64,000 bases of DNA, from positions 96,001 through 160,000 of the forward strand of contig JAYPQH010000018.1 of assembly GCA_038131935.1 (NCBI GenBank), read 5' to 3'. A program made the translations under genes and the position numbers. Within the stretch, counting starts at the first letter, position 1. Each line of letters opens with the position of its first letter. The DNA is from Alphaproteobacteria bacterium (GTDB taxonomy: Bacteria; Pseudomonadota; Alphaproteobacteria; UBA8317). Of this stretch, positions 44,551-55,371 are shown piece after piece. The notes under the pieces are model-generated. The model was not told where the DNA came from and did not search any database. It saw only the letters and a program-made list of their open reading frames with translations.

Positions 44551-44792
44551 TGATCTTGGCGTATCGCGAAAATATTTTGCGTCGTGAATTACACGTATAC
44601 GTACTCATAAGTACTAACGAGTTCATACAGACATATCTCTCGATACGCTCACAGCATACCGCTGCCTGCATGTCCCTTCATTTCAAAATCATCCAAATTT
44701 TCAAAGAGCAGATCGTTGCAACGAATCATTGTTGCCCGTTATCTTAATTGTTTGTGATCTGTTCGACACTGATCTGCGTCGGTCAGGGGGTT

Positions 44793-44822
44793 CTTATAGG
44801 GACAGATTGCGGGCCCTGTCAA
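44793..44822 (-). promoter_or_regulatory. rRNA operon sigma70 promoter
   Basis: TTGACA ... TATAAG on the minus strand, with an A/T-rich upstream tract. Confidence 0.7.
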
Positions 44823-44956
44823 GCACCATTATTTTTTGTAGAAAACATGGAAATAATGGCTTGATCACTCGGTTTTCTTCCTCTTTTCAGATTTCCGATG
44901 AAAAAAAATTAATTTTTTTTTAAAAATTGACTTTGCAACATTACGCTGCCCTTTAT

Positions 44957-46735
44957 ATGGCTATTCGCATTGTTGTTTATGTTGTTGATGTTTGTAATAG
45001 GCATTTAGGCTTGATTCACCAGTTTTATCACTTCCTTTCTTTAGCCCTAAGCTTTGCTATTTCGAGGCAATTTTATTTGTTGGGAATTGGCATATTGCTG
45101 GGTGTGGTGGGTACTTTGCTTGTGCGCCCTGTCCACAAGATAGAATCTTCGCGCCCAAATGTTTTGGAAGCATCACAGGCGGACAAAGCCATCATAGGCG
45201 CGACCTCCAAAGCATTAACGTCTGCACCAAACCCAGAACGGCCTCTACCACCAGAACCCTCTGTTCAATTGGGCAACGCAAGTTCATCGGCCTCTCCTTC
45301 CGAGAGCCCGACGATTACACCGAACCTAGCCGATAAAATTCGAGGTGACCTTCCACAATCCATCAAAGAGAGTCATGCCGCTGTTCCACTCCAGCAAGGG
45401 ATGCCACCGAGTCAATCAACATCTTCTAATACCCCGACCATGGGCAACGAATCATCAAGTCCAAGCAACGATACCCTTGCCCTTATTCAGCCTGACATAT
45501 TGTATCCGCGCGAACATGATCCCTCAAAAGACAGAGAAAGCGACGCAAAACGCATTACGTTACGGTTTGCCAAGGGGGACACACTCGCAAGCCTTCTTCG
45601 TTCGCTGCAATTGGCACCAAGAACCCAGCAGGCCCTGATTGAAGAGCTCAACAAATACACTCCACCGAATCAATACCAAATTGGCGATAGTTTTGACATC
45701 ACCCTTAGCAATGACAAAGGTGCGGATGGCTTTGTCGCATTGGTGGGCTTGGTTTTCCCCAAAACAAAACTCGAATCAATTGTGGTCGAACCCCAAGGAT
45801 CTGAGTTCACGTCATATTTGGAATATCAAGAATTGATAACGGAACGTCGCTTACTGCATGGCACCATTGAGGGATCTATATGGCAGGTAAGTGAAAAATT
45901 TTCAGTGCCAGATGACGTCCGCTCCCAAGTCATTTCCTTACTTTCATACGGCCTTGACCTCCAACGTGAGATCCATACTGGTGATGAACTTGAGGTCATT
46001 TATGACATCCAGCGAACAAAAAACGGCGATATTGTTTCGAGCAATTACGTTCATTATGTGGGTTTGCGGCAGGCTGATCGTACCAAGCGCTATTTTAGAT
46101 TTCGAACCCAAGACGGTGTTATTGAATATTTTGATGAACAAGCGCGTTCTTTGAAAGCACTTTTGATGCGCACGCCAATTGATGGGGCTCGACTCAGCTC
46201 GCATTTTGGAAAACGCAAGCACCCTATTTTAGGATACACCAAAATGCATAAGGGCACGGACTTTGCTGCCCCAAAGGGTACAAAAATTTATGCCGCTGGT
46301 GACGGCACCATAACACGAGCTGGTTGGTCAGCCAGCTATGGAAACGTCATCAAAATCAAACATCGCGATGGTTATGAAACGCTCTATGCTCATATGTCAA
46401 AATTTGCCCGAGGTATCAGAACTGGTCGTCGCGTCAGTCAGGGTCAAGTCATAGGCTATGTGGGCTCAACGGGACGTTCATCAGGCCCCCATCTACATTA
46501 TGAGGTCATTGCAAAGGGCCGGCATGTGAACCCCATGAAGCTTAACCTGCCCACTGGTGCCAAACTTAATCAGAACGAAGAAAACCAGTTTGCTCAACTT
46601 GTTGAAAAGGTTGATCAACTGTACAGCTCCTATGCACAGAAAAATACCTCTCTCACACTTGATGACCAAAGCGTTAACATGGTTGCAACCTTGATGGATG
46701 CCCCCATCCCCACACCACGCCCCGCTCCTCAATAA
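44957..46735 (+). CDS. M23 family peptidoglycan endopeptidase (MepM-like) with Ser/Pro-rich linker; start uncertain
   Basis: MHKGTDFAAP (HxxxD), YAHM, GPHLHYEV (HxH); N-terminal TM helix. Confidence 0.9.
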   Translation: MAIRIVVYVVDVCNRHLGLIHQFYHFLSLALSFAISRQFYLLGIGILLGVVGTLLVRPVHKIESSRPNVLEASQADKAIIGATSKALTSAPNPERPLPPEPSVQLGNASSSASPSESPTITPNLADKIRGDLPQSIKESHAAVPLQQGMPPSQSTSSNTPTMGNESSSPSNDTLALIQPDILYPREHDPSKDRESDAKRITLRFAKGDTLASLLRSLQLAPRTQQALIEELNKYTPPNQYQIGDSFDITLSNDKGADGFVALVGLVFPKTKLESIVVEPQGSEFTSYLEYQELITERRLLHGTIEGSIWQVSEKFSVPDDVRSQVISLLSYGLDLQREIHTGDELEVIYDIQRTKNGDIVSSNYVHYVGLRQADRTKRYFRFRTQDGVIEYFDEQARSLKALLMRTPIDGARLSSHFGKRKHPILGYTKMHKGTDFAAPKGTKIYAAGDGTITRAGWSASYGNVIKIKHRDGYETLYAHMSKFARGIRTGRRVSQGQVIGYVGSTGRSSGPHLHYEVIAKGRHVNPMKLNLPTGAKLNQNEENQFAQLVEKVDQLYSSYAQKNTSLTLDDQSVNMVATLMDAPIPTPRPAPQ

Positions 46736-46975
46736 AAAGAAAAAGTGCACACACTATTTGAACTTTTTGCGTCTGCACCCAAAGCGCTGCAGAAACCCAA
46801 AGGACGCGATCCCAACTTAAGGCCACAACCCTCAAACTTCGCAAATGACAAACAATGATCATTTCCACAAAATGTTGGCATTCAAAAATGCAGCATTGTG
46901 ATTCACATTCTTGCTGATCCAAATCAATTGGGGATGCCCATGATGGGGGTAATTTTTTAAATCGGCGTTTGGATA

Positions 46976-47290
46976 TCAAGAATCCTTCTTACCAGGCGAC
47001 ATCGAAGATGCCTTTCGCCGGCGAGGAGCACTGATCCCAAAACGTTTGCGCAACCCTGGCAGTGTCTTGCGCAAAAAACCTTTTATCCAACCTAGAGAAA
47101 TTGGGTATGTTCTGGTGAGTTTGATAAATCTTCGTCGCACCCAAAAAGAATGACTGAGCAACAAGACCAATCCTGTAATGGCCATGGGCGCACCAAAACC
47201 AAACGGCCAAGGAAGGGGTGTAATCACCAAGCCAACGACCAAGAGAAACCAACCAACAATCAACAAAACATATTTGCGCGGCGTGCCCAT
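46976..47290 (-). CDS. Small membrane protein (PGPGW-like family)
   Basis: Two TM segments flanking TPLPWPFGFG, with a basic tail. Confidence 0.6.
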   Translation of the reverse strand: MGTPRKYVLLIVGWFLLVVGLVITPLPWPFGFGAPMAITGLVLLLSHSFWVRRRFIKLTRTYPISLGWIKGFLRKTLPGLRKRFGISAPRRRKASSMSPGKKDS

Positions 47291-47465
47291 CAGACTCCAA
47301 ACGAATGGCCAGAGATTACCTTTAATTTATGGGAAATTGTTGTTTCACACTCCGCCCCCTCTTGCCTAGCCCCTTTTGATGAAAATCTTTACGAGGGCCA
47401 AAACAAGGGGCGCAGCTTGGGTGCGGAAAGATCATACAAACCCTTACCCCAAACTGCGCATGTTT

Positions 47466-50019
47466 TTATGAGCTTATATGCAGCTGCAATCCCTGCTCGC
47501 CGGCATCAATACGTATCGTATGCCCTACCATGTCCTGGTCAGAGAGTATCATTTCCGACAGCGGATTTTCCAATTGCTTCTGAATGACCCTCTTTAAAGG
47601 GCGTGCACCATAAACTGGGTCATACCCCTGCTTGGCCAACCAAGAAATGGCCATTGGTGCAAACTCTACATTTATACCCATGTCAGACAAACGTGATTCC
47701 ATGCTTGCCAATTGTACTTTTACAATATCGGCCATGACGTGTTCAGCCAACCTATCGAACACCAAAATTTCATCAAGTCGGTTGAGAAATTCTGGCCGGA
47801 AATGCTGGCGCACAACCTGCATGATCTGCTCTTTTGACATATCATCTGCATGATCACCAATAAATTCTGAGCCCAAATTGGACGTCATGATGATAATGCA
47901 ATTACGGAAATCAACCGTTCGCCCTTGCCCGTCCAGGAGGCGCCCTCGTCAGAACTTGCAGGAGGATATGAAGAAAGCTATCTGGATGCGCTTTTTCGAT
48001 TTCATCGAACAATACAACCTGATAGGGCCGACGACGCACGGCTTCGGTTAATACCCCGCCTTCCTCATAACCAACATAACCTGGAGGAGCTCCGATGAGC
48101 CGCGCCACGGCATGCTTTTCCATATACTCACTCATATCGATGCGCACCATGGCTTGAGCATCATCAAACAGAAACCGCGCCAAAGCTTTGGTCAGTTCTG
48201 TTTTGCCGACCCCAGTAGGACCCAAAAACATAAAAGAGCCAAGCGGACGATTGGGGTCCTGCAAACCAGCGCGTGCCCTACGCACCGCTTGTGAAACGGC
48301 TTTCAACGCAGCTGGTTGACCTACAACATAACGCTCCAGCTCACGTTCCATTCGCAATAATTTCTGCTTCTCACCTTCCAGCATGCGTTCTACGGGGATT
48401 CCTGTCCAACGCGCGACCACGGTAGCAACATCTTCTGCAGTTACGGCATCAGATGGTGTTTCCGCGCCTTGCGTTGCCAACTTGGCCTCTAGGTCGGGTA
48501 TGGTTGCATAGGCAAGTTCACCCGCACGCGCCAGATCCCCTTGCCGCTGCGCTTGTTCGAGTTGAATGCGGGCCTGCTCCAGCGCTTCTTTTAGGGAGGT
48601 GGCCGCTTGTAAAGATTGCTTTTCTTGCATCCATTGCGCGGTCAAGCCACGAGAGCGCTCTTCCAAATTCGCAATCTCCTCAGCCAATTTACCCAATCGC
48701 TCTTTGGACAATGTGTCTTGCTCTTTTTTTAAGGCCTCTTGCTCAATTTTTCTTTGAATTAAGCGTCGGTCTAGTTCGTCCAGTTCTTCAGGCTTAGAAT
48801 CAACCCGCATCCGCAGACGCGCCGCAGCTTCATCCATCAAATCAATAGCTTTGTCTGGCAAAAACCTATCGGTGATGTAACGATGGGATAATGTTGCCGC
48901 CGCGACCAAGGCCGCATCAGAGATACGCACACCATGATGCAACTCATATTTTTCTTTCAAGCCCCGCAAAATGGAAACGCTATCCTCAACATTAGGTTCT
49001 TTCACAAAAACAGCTTGAAACCTTCGGGCAAGGGCAGCGTCTTTTTCAACATATTTGCGGTATTCATCCAACGTGGTGGCACCAATACAATGCAATTCCC
49101 CACGCGCGAGGGATGGTTTAAGTAGATTTGACGCATCCATGGCGCCGTCACTTTTCCCAGCCCCAACGAGGGTATGCATTTCATCAATAAACAAAATGAT
49201 TTCACCATCCTCTGCGACTTCTTTGAGGAGCATTTTCAAACGCTCTTCAAACTCACCACGATATTTGGCGCCTGCGATCAACGCCCCCATATCCAAGGCC
49301 AACAATCTTTTGTTGGCAAGCGATTCAGGGACGTCTTGATTGACGATTCGGGCCGCCAACCCCTCTGCGATAGCTGTCTTACCAACGCCAGGCTCACCAA
49401 TGAGAACAGGGTTGTTCTTTGTTCGACGTGACAGCACCTGCATAGCCCGACGAATTTCATCATCCCGCCCAATAACGGGGTCTAATTTCCCATCACGAGC
49501 CGTAGCTGTCAGATCACGGCAATATTTCTCGAGCGCTTGATGGTTTGCCTCAGCGGTTTCTGAATCAATGGAACGACCTTTCCGAGCCGTTTCCATCACC
49601 GATCGAATATGTGCCTCATCTAAGCCCAAAGATATTAATCCTTCACGCAATGAAGGTTCTGCTTTCACACAAAGCGACAAAAACAACTGATCAATCGCTA
49701 CATATTGATCATGATTCTTTTGGGCTTCTTGCTGAGCATGCTCCATTACCCGAGCTGTGCTGGCATGAATATATAGCTGTCCCTGACCACCCTCAACCTG
49801 AGGAAGCTTGCTCAACCGTTGATCAAACAGAGTTTCCCACGCTGTCACATCAAGGTTCAGCGCTTTCATCCATGATTGTGTGGAAGGATCTGTGCTTCGT
49901 GCATAGGCCAGCCCGATATGGTCGGCTGTCCATTGTTGATGACCCCTTGCTAGGGCCAGATGTTGTGCTTCACCCAACAAAGTGCGGGCGCTTTGAGTCC
50001 ATGCGTCTTGTTTCATCAT
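47466..50019 (-). CDS. clpB: ATP-dependent chaperone ClpB; frameshifted around 47930-47985
   Basis: [21 protein letters not shown], coiled-coil M domain, [23 protein letters not shown]. Confidence 0.96.
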
Positions 50020-50177
50020 ATTTCTCCAGCTCGTCGAGCACCCACTCCAAAGACATGGGGGCTCTTGCCAAGTACCAATTGATGACAGTGATTTTTTGGA
50101 TGGATAAAGGCCCCAATCGGCAACCCTTTTCATCGATGTGCAAAACCGCACCAACCATTGTACATCTTATGATAGTG

Positions 50178-50206
50178 ATGTGGGAAATCTGATCGCTTGT
50201 TACAAG
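50178..50206 (-). promoter_or_regulatory. RpoH (sigma32)-type promoter upstream of clpB
   Basis: CTTGTA-N16-CCCACAT on the minus strand. Confidence 0.6.
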
Positions 50207-50261
50207 ACCTCTTCATCTTCCCTTCTACGAGAAAACCGACGTTCCTGCATAAATGGCGATG

Positions 50262-50296
50262 ATCAAGCGCAAGTGATGTAATCACCTACGCTTGAT
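50262..50296 (-). terminator. Long hairpin downstream of the DUF4167 gene
   Basis: ATCAAGCGTAGGTGAT-tac-ATCACTTGCGCTTGAT, fully paired with G-U pairs on the minus strand. Confidence 0.55.
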
Positions 50297-50360
50297 AAGA
50301 GGGCAAGCATCTGGTCTTGAGCTTACAATTGTGAGCGTGAACCTAGGGAATGTTCTTATG

Positions 50361-51026
50361 TTACTCCCCGGCAGGCACCAGAATCTGCGGTTGCTCCATA
50401 GCAGATGGGTCTAACTCTGGCTTTTTCTTTGGCGGCCTACCACGACGCTTTGGCGTTGTTTTTACCACTTCCTCAGCTAGCGATTTGTCCTGAGATGCTG
50501 TGGAGGGTTGCACGGCTTCTTTTTCGCCATCAACAGCTTCAACCTCATCACTTTGTGCCGTTACAGATGCAGCTGTTGTAGAAGGCTGTTGTTGATCATC
50601 AGTTTGTTCGGGAGCTTGTGCCGTTGCAGCATCGTGAGGCTCAACTTCTGCTTGAAGACCATCTTTGCTGGGGTCATTTTCATCGACAGCGAGATCGTCT
50701 GCAGGGGTGTCTTTTGCTTCTTGAGCTTGGCGAGCCAATCTTTCTTCTTCACGAGCCGACTGCTCTGCTTGAATTTGCTCCTGCATCAGGTTCAACAAAC
50801 GCTGATAATGCTCTGCATGTTGAAGGTAATTTTCTGCCATCACACGGTCACCCGCTGACTGCGCATCACGCGCTAAGGTTTGGTATTTTTCCAAAACCTG
50901 TGCTGCTGTACCGCGGACCTTCATGTCAGGACCATTACTTTCATAAACCCGGTTGGGTGAGAAACCTTGGTTTGGTTTGTTACGGCCGCGTCCGCGCTGC
51001 CGCCTATTGTTATGCATTGGTTTCAT
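50361..51026 (-). CDS. DUF4167 domain protein
   Basis: RRQRGRGR, YESNGPDMKVRGTA, EKYQTLARDA..GDRVMAENYLQHAEHY; between prmC and clpB. Confidence 0.92.
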   Translation of the reverse strand: MKPMHNNRRQRGRGRNKPNQGFSPNRVYESNGPDMKVRGTAAQVLEKYQTLARDAQSAGDRVMAENYLQHAEHYQRLLNLMQEQIQAEQSAREEERLARQAQEAKDTPADDLAVDENDPSKDGLQAEVEPHDAATAQAPEQTDDQQQPSTTAASVTAQSDEVEAVDGEKEAVQPSTASQDKSLAEEVVKTTPKRRGRPPKKKPELDPSAMEQPQILVPAGE

Positions 51027-51141
51027 GAGCTTTTCACTTAGCCTATATTAATAAGAAATCTGTGTGGCTTGGGTATTTTTACAAAAAACCGGAACCACAA
51101 GATCCGCGCCCAGCAGTTTGGGTCGAATCCAGACACAATTT

Positions 51142-51170
51142 TCCCTAAATCGGGTTATCCCTAAATCGGG
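51142..51170 (-). repeat. 13-bp perfect direct repeat in the DUF4167 5' leader
   Basis: TCCCTAAATCGGG at 51142-51154 and 51158-51170. Confidence 0.8.
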
Positions 51171-51309
51171 GTCGTATATCGCGAGAAGTAGGTGCTTTGG
51201 GGGCAAACTATGCCCAAGTCCCTCGCTGATCAACATTGTGTATTTTCGTACGCCAACATCCTCAGGTCAAGTCCTTCTTGCAGCGTCCATCCTGAAATAG
51301 ACACGACAG

Positions 51310-52161
51310 TTATGCCATAGGAAAGAATTCATTTCCATGCAAGCCCCAACGGCCCATTAAGGCACGTTGGTGCCCTGCGCCATCATGTAATATATCGACC
51401 CCGTTACATCCTGCTTGCATCATCAGCTGACGGACAGCTTGGGCTTGAAGATGGCCACATTCAAACACAACGTAAGAAGATGGCTTCAAAAACACGGGCA
51501 ATGTTGCCAAAATCTCAACAAAGGCTTCCATTCCTTGCTGTTCAGCAAAAAGCGCATGCGCTGGTTCATAATGCTTTGCCCGCCACTCTACCTCCTCATC
51601 ATCATGAGCAATGTAGGGGGGATTGCATAAGACAAGATCGAACGTCCCAGACACATTTGTTAACCAATGGCTCTCAACAAAAGATGCACGATCGGTAAGC
51701 TGAAGAGCTTTCGCGTTACGATAAGCCAATGCGCAAGCACCCGGATCAATATCCACCCCCAAACTCTTTGCTTGTGGGAAATGCCTAAGCGCAGACAACA
51801 ACAGCACACCACTGCCAGTCCCTAAGTCAAGAATATGTGCCGGATGATCCCTCTCCCCCCATTGCTGCAAAAGGGTTGCCATCCACCATTCTGTATCAGA
51901 CCGGGGCACCAAAACATCTTTCGAAACCTGGTAGCTACAATCAAGAAAGTCGACATAACCTAGAATATAGGCCAACGGCTCTCCCTGAGCCAAGCGCTCT
52001 ATTTTTGACGTGATGGGCGCCCATTCAACAGTTGAGATCTCTTTTCCTATAAGGTGAGCACGCGAACATTCCCAGACATCACAGAGTAAAAACCAATATT
52101 CCTGCTCTGAAAGGTCAGGATGGTTTTTTTTGAGCGTACGCCAATAAGCCTCTGGGGTCAC
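51310..52161 (-). CDS. prmC: Release factor glutamine methyltransferase
   Basis: [29 protein letters not shown]. Confidence 0.95.
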   Translation of the reverse strand: MTPEAYWRTLKKNHPDLSEQEYWFLLCDVWECSRAHLIGKEISTVEWAPITSKIERLAQGEPLAYILGYVDFLDCSYQVSKDVLVPRSDTEWWMATLLQQWGERDHPAHILDLGTGSGVLLLSALRHFPQAKSLGVDIDPGACALAYRNAKALQLTDRASFVESHWLTNVSGTFDLVLCNPPYIAHDDEEVEWRAKHYEPAHALFAEQQGMEAFVEILATLPVFLKPSSYVVFECGHLQAQAVRQLMMQAGCNGVDILHDGAGHQRALMGRWGLHGNEFFPMA

Positions 52162-53229
52162 ATTTTTTCATCCGCAGCCAAGCGGGCTGCATCATCGGCA
52201 GCCAGTAGTGGGCGAACAACATCATCAAGTTCATCCCCAGCTATAACACGGTCCAACTTATAAAGGGTTAGATTGATCCGATGGTCCGTTACCCGTCCTT
52301 GTGGAAAGTTATAGGTTCGGATTCGTTCAGAACGGTCCCCTGACCCCACCTGACCTTTGCGGGTGGCAGCACGTTCGGCATCTATCTTCTGTCGCGTGAT
52401 ATCATAAAGACGCGCGCGTAAAATCTTCAGGGCTTTATCTTTGTTGCGATGCTGTGATTTTTCGTCTTGTTGCACCACCGCAATGCCTGAGGGGATATGG
52501 GTAATACGTACCGCAGAATCCGTCGTGTTCACATGCTGCCCCCGCACCCTGTGCACGAAAAACATCAATCCTCAATTCATGCATGGGCAAATCAATATCT
52601 ACCTCTTCCGCCTCAGGTAGGACAGCAACAGTTGCAGCAGAGGTATGGATGCGGCCTCCGGATTCTGTCTCTGGAACCCTTTGAACCCGATGCACACCAG
52701 ATTCAAACTTTAAATAACGAAAAGCCTCGCCCCCAGAAAGCTGCAGAGAGGCTTCCTTTACACCGCCTAAATCTGTTGCTGATACCGCCAAGACCTCTGC
52801 TTGCCATCCTTTCACGTCCGCATAGCGCAGATACATTCGCATGAGGTTTCCCGCAAAAAGCGCGGCCTCCTCGCCACCTGTTCCTGCACGAATTTCCACA
52901 ATGGCATTGCGGTCATCTGCCTCGTCTCGTGGCACAAGGGCGTCACGGACAACGTCCACCATCTGCTCAAGGCGTTGTTGACTTAAGCGCAAATCCTCAC
53001 GAGCCATGGCCCTCAAGTCAGGATCCTCATCCTCCAGCATGCTGGTAAGTTCCTCGACTTCCTTCTGTATGGACAAGTAATCCTTTATGGAGCCCACAAC
53101 AGGATCAAGACGTGCATACTCACGGGAGGCCTTGGTCAAAGCATCAGCAGGCATATCCCCTGAAGCCATCTGTGCTTCTAATTCTTCGTGCCTTTCAATG
53201 ATGACTGCCAAACGCTGTGGATCAATCAC
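52158..53229 (-). CDS. prfA: Peptide chain release factor 1; frameshift in the poly-G run encoding the GGQ motif (about 52540)
   Basis: [25 protein letters not shown] (PxT), [32 protein letters not shown]. Confidence 0.96.
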
Positions 53230-54343
53230 ATTTGGTCTCCGCAAGACGTGCTTGTCGGCGCAGTTCAGCCTTGACCTCAACCTCTTCAACCAATCTTTTG
53301 ACCATGTCATCGTTGGCAAGCTTCTGGATTTGAGACCCATCAAGATACAACATACCCGCACCCGCATTCCCGCCAGTAAAGCCGACATCCGTCTCACGCG
53401 CTTCACCAGGGCCATTCACCACACAACCAATCACAGAGAGGGTGATCGGCTCTTGTATATGCGCCAAGGCTTCTTCCAAACGCCCTACGGTTCCGATCAC
53501 ATCAAAACCCTGACGGGCGCATGAAGGACAAGAAATAATATTGACACCACGATGACGCAAACCCAATGATTTAAGGATTTCAAAGCCCACACGAACCTCT
53601 TCAACAGGATCTGCAGAGAGCGATACCCGCAAGGTATCGCCAATTCCAGCCCATAAGAGATTGCCCAACCCTATGGCAGACTTGACCGTACCTGGTCGAA
53701 ATGCACCGGCCTCCGTAACACCCAAATGCAAGGGATAATCACAAACTTCCGCCAATTGCATATAAGCAGCCACCGCGAGAAACACGTCAGATGCTTTCGC
53801 TGAAATCTTGAATTCAAAGAAATCCTCATCCTCCAAGAACTTTGCGTGCTCCAAAGCCGAGGCGACCATCGCCTCTGGGCAAGGTTCCCCATATTGTTCC
53901 AGAAGATGTTTTTCCAACGATCCCGCATTCACCCCAATGCGCATGGCACATTGGTGATCCCGCGCCGCTTTCACGACCTCTGATACGCGCTCGCGTGACC
54001 CAATATTCCCAGGGTTGATGCGCAAGCAAGCGGCCCCTGCCTCTGCAGCTTCGATGGCCCTACGGTAATGAAAATGGATATCTGCCACGATGGGGACATC
54101 AACATTCTTAATGATTTCTTTTAACGCCTTTGTATCCTCGACCTCAGGTACCGACACCCGAACAATATCAGCACCAGCTTCTTGCAACCGAAGGATCTGC
54201 TCGATGGTCTGCTTTGCGTCCCTGGTGGGCGTATTGGTCATAGACTGGACCGATATAGGGGCATCCCCACCAACAGGGACGGATCCCACCATTATCTTAC
54301 GGCATGTCCGACGCATAATATCACGATACGGGCGGATGCTCAT
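53222..54343 (-). CDS. ispG: (E)-4-hydroxy-3-methylbut-2-enyl diphosphate synthase
   Basis: [32 protein letters not shown]. Confidence 0.97.
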   Translation of the reverse strand: MSIRPYRDIMRRTCRKIMVGSVPVGGDAPISVQSMTNTPTRDAKQTIEQILRLQEAGADIVRVSVPEVEDTKALKEIIKNVDVPIVADIHFHYRRAIEAAEAGAACLRINPGNIGSRERVSEVVKAARDHQCAMRIGVNAGSLEKHLLEQYGEPCPEAMVASALEHAKFLEDEDFFEFKISAKASDVFLAVAAYMQLAEVCDYPLHLGVTEAGAFRPGTVKSAIGLGNLLWAGIGDTLRVSLSADPVEEVRVGFEILKSLGLRHRGVNIISCPSCARQGFDVIGTVGRLEEALAHIQEPITLSVIGCVVNGPGEARETDVGFTGGNAGAGMLYLDGSQIQKLANDDMVKRLVEEVEVKAELRRQARLAETKCD

Positions 54344-55371
54344 GAATTGTTCTCCCATCTTTCCAACAAGATGTTGCGGTCCAATGGCAATTTTTGCAAC
54401 ACCTCACCCCTTGCACCGATTTGTTCAAGCTGCTGAGGGCCAATCTGTACACCTACCCCACCGGCATTACCCACCGTCAATGTGTAACCAATACCATCAC
54501 CAATATCGACCTGTGTTCCAGGAGCCAAAACCTCTTCCCGGAATATTTGACCATCTTTTTCAATGCTCACCCATACCCGGCTACGGGCAATCAAAATGAC
54601 CGGTTCCAAACGCGCTGCATTCATCGCAAGGGCTTGTTCTTCAGCCGCCAACAATGCGGTTAGCGCCGCCGACGCCAGTTGCTCATCTGTAGGCCTCGGC
54701 AACGGACTTGCCATGTTAAAACGCCACCATTCAGGTAAAGGTGCTGGCTCACGATCCACCTCAACCACAACAATCTTCTCCATGGGCATGGGGGGTAAAG
54801 GGTCATCCTCATAAGCAAGACTATCTGTAAAACCTATCAAGGCCTGCTCTTCACGTTGCTCAGCTTCGCGGATCTCAAGCGCGGTATCGACCTCTTCGAT
54901 CGTTTCCTGAACTTTTTCTGGCAAACGGACAACATCAACATCGGCGTCATCCTGACGGGACATAAAAATTGTAACCATGCCCACAACAAGCACAATCGCA
55001 AGCCCCAGCCCCACTGACATCCAAGCTGGACGTTCTGTTTCCAGCACTGGCTCTTGCACCTGCAACATGACCTCCGGTGCGGGAGCATCCAACAAACGTC
55101 GAATGTCATCAACCAGCGGTTGCGCCTCTATTCCCAGCAACCGCGCGAGGGAACGTGTCGCCGAAAATGCAAAGGCTTGATCTGGAAGCGCACCCAAATC
55201 TTCACGCTCCAATGCCTGAACAAAAGGCTCTCTGATCCGCAATACTTTTGAAATATCAGATACGGTCAACCCTGCCGACAAACGCGCCTCTGCAAGCCGC
55301 CGACCAAAACCTAATGGCCCAGTAGGTTGGTTATCTTCAATATCGGGCATGCTTTGATCTTGTTCGTTCAT
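54340..55371 (-). CDS. rodZ: RodZ-like cytoskeletal protein (HTH-TM-DUF4115)
   Basis: N-terminal XRE HTH, single TM helix, C-terminal LTVGNAGGV; upstream of ispG. Confidence 0.85.
   Translation of the reverse strand: MNEQDQSMPDIEDNQPTGPLGFGRRLAEARLSAGLTVSDISKVLRIREPFVQALEREDLGALPDQAFAFSATRSLARLLGIEAQPLVDDIRRLLDAPAPEVMLQVQEPVLETERPAWMSVGLGLAIVLVVGMVTIFMSRQDDADVDVVRLPEKVQETIEEVDTALEIREAEQREEQALIGFTDSLAYEDDPLPPMPMEKIVVVEVDREPAPLPEWWRFNMASPLPRPTDEQLASAALTALLAAEEQALAMNAARLEPVILIARSRVWVSIEKDGQIFREEVLAPGTQVDIGDGIGYTLTVGNAGGVGVQIGPQQLEQIGARGEVLQKLPLDRNILLERWENNS

Noticed and set aside
46740-46975. Convergent intergenic region between the M23 peptidase and the small membrane protein as a possible sRNA
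   Set aside because: Only a weak TCTGCA/TGCAGA hairpin, with no clear promoter-terminator pair.
52530-52560. Programmed frameshift in the release factor gene, as in prfB
   Set aside because: The gene is RF1 (PxT motif), the break is in the poly-G of GGQ, and there is no CTT-TGA slippery site. Consistent with a homopolymer error.
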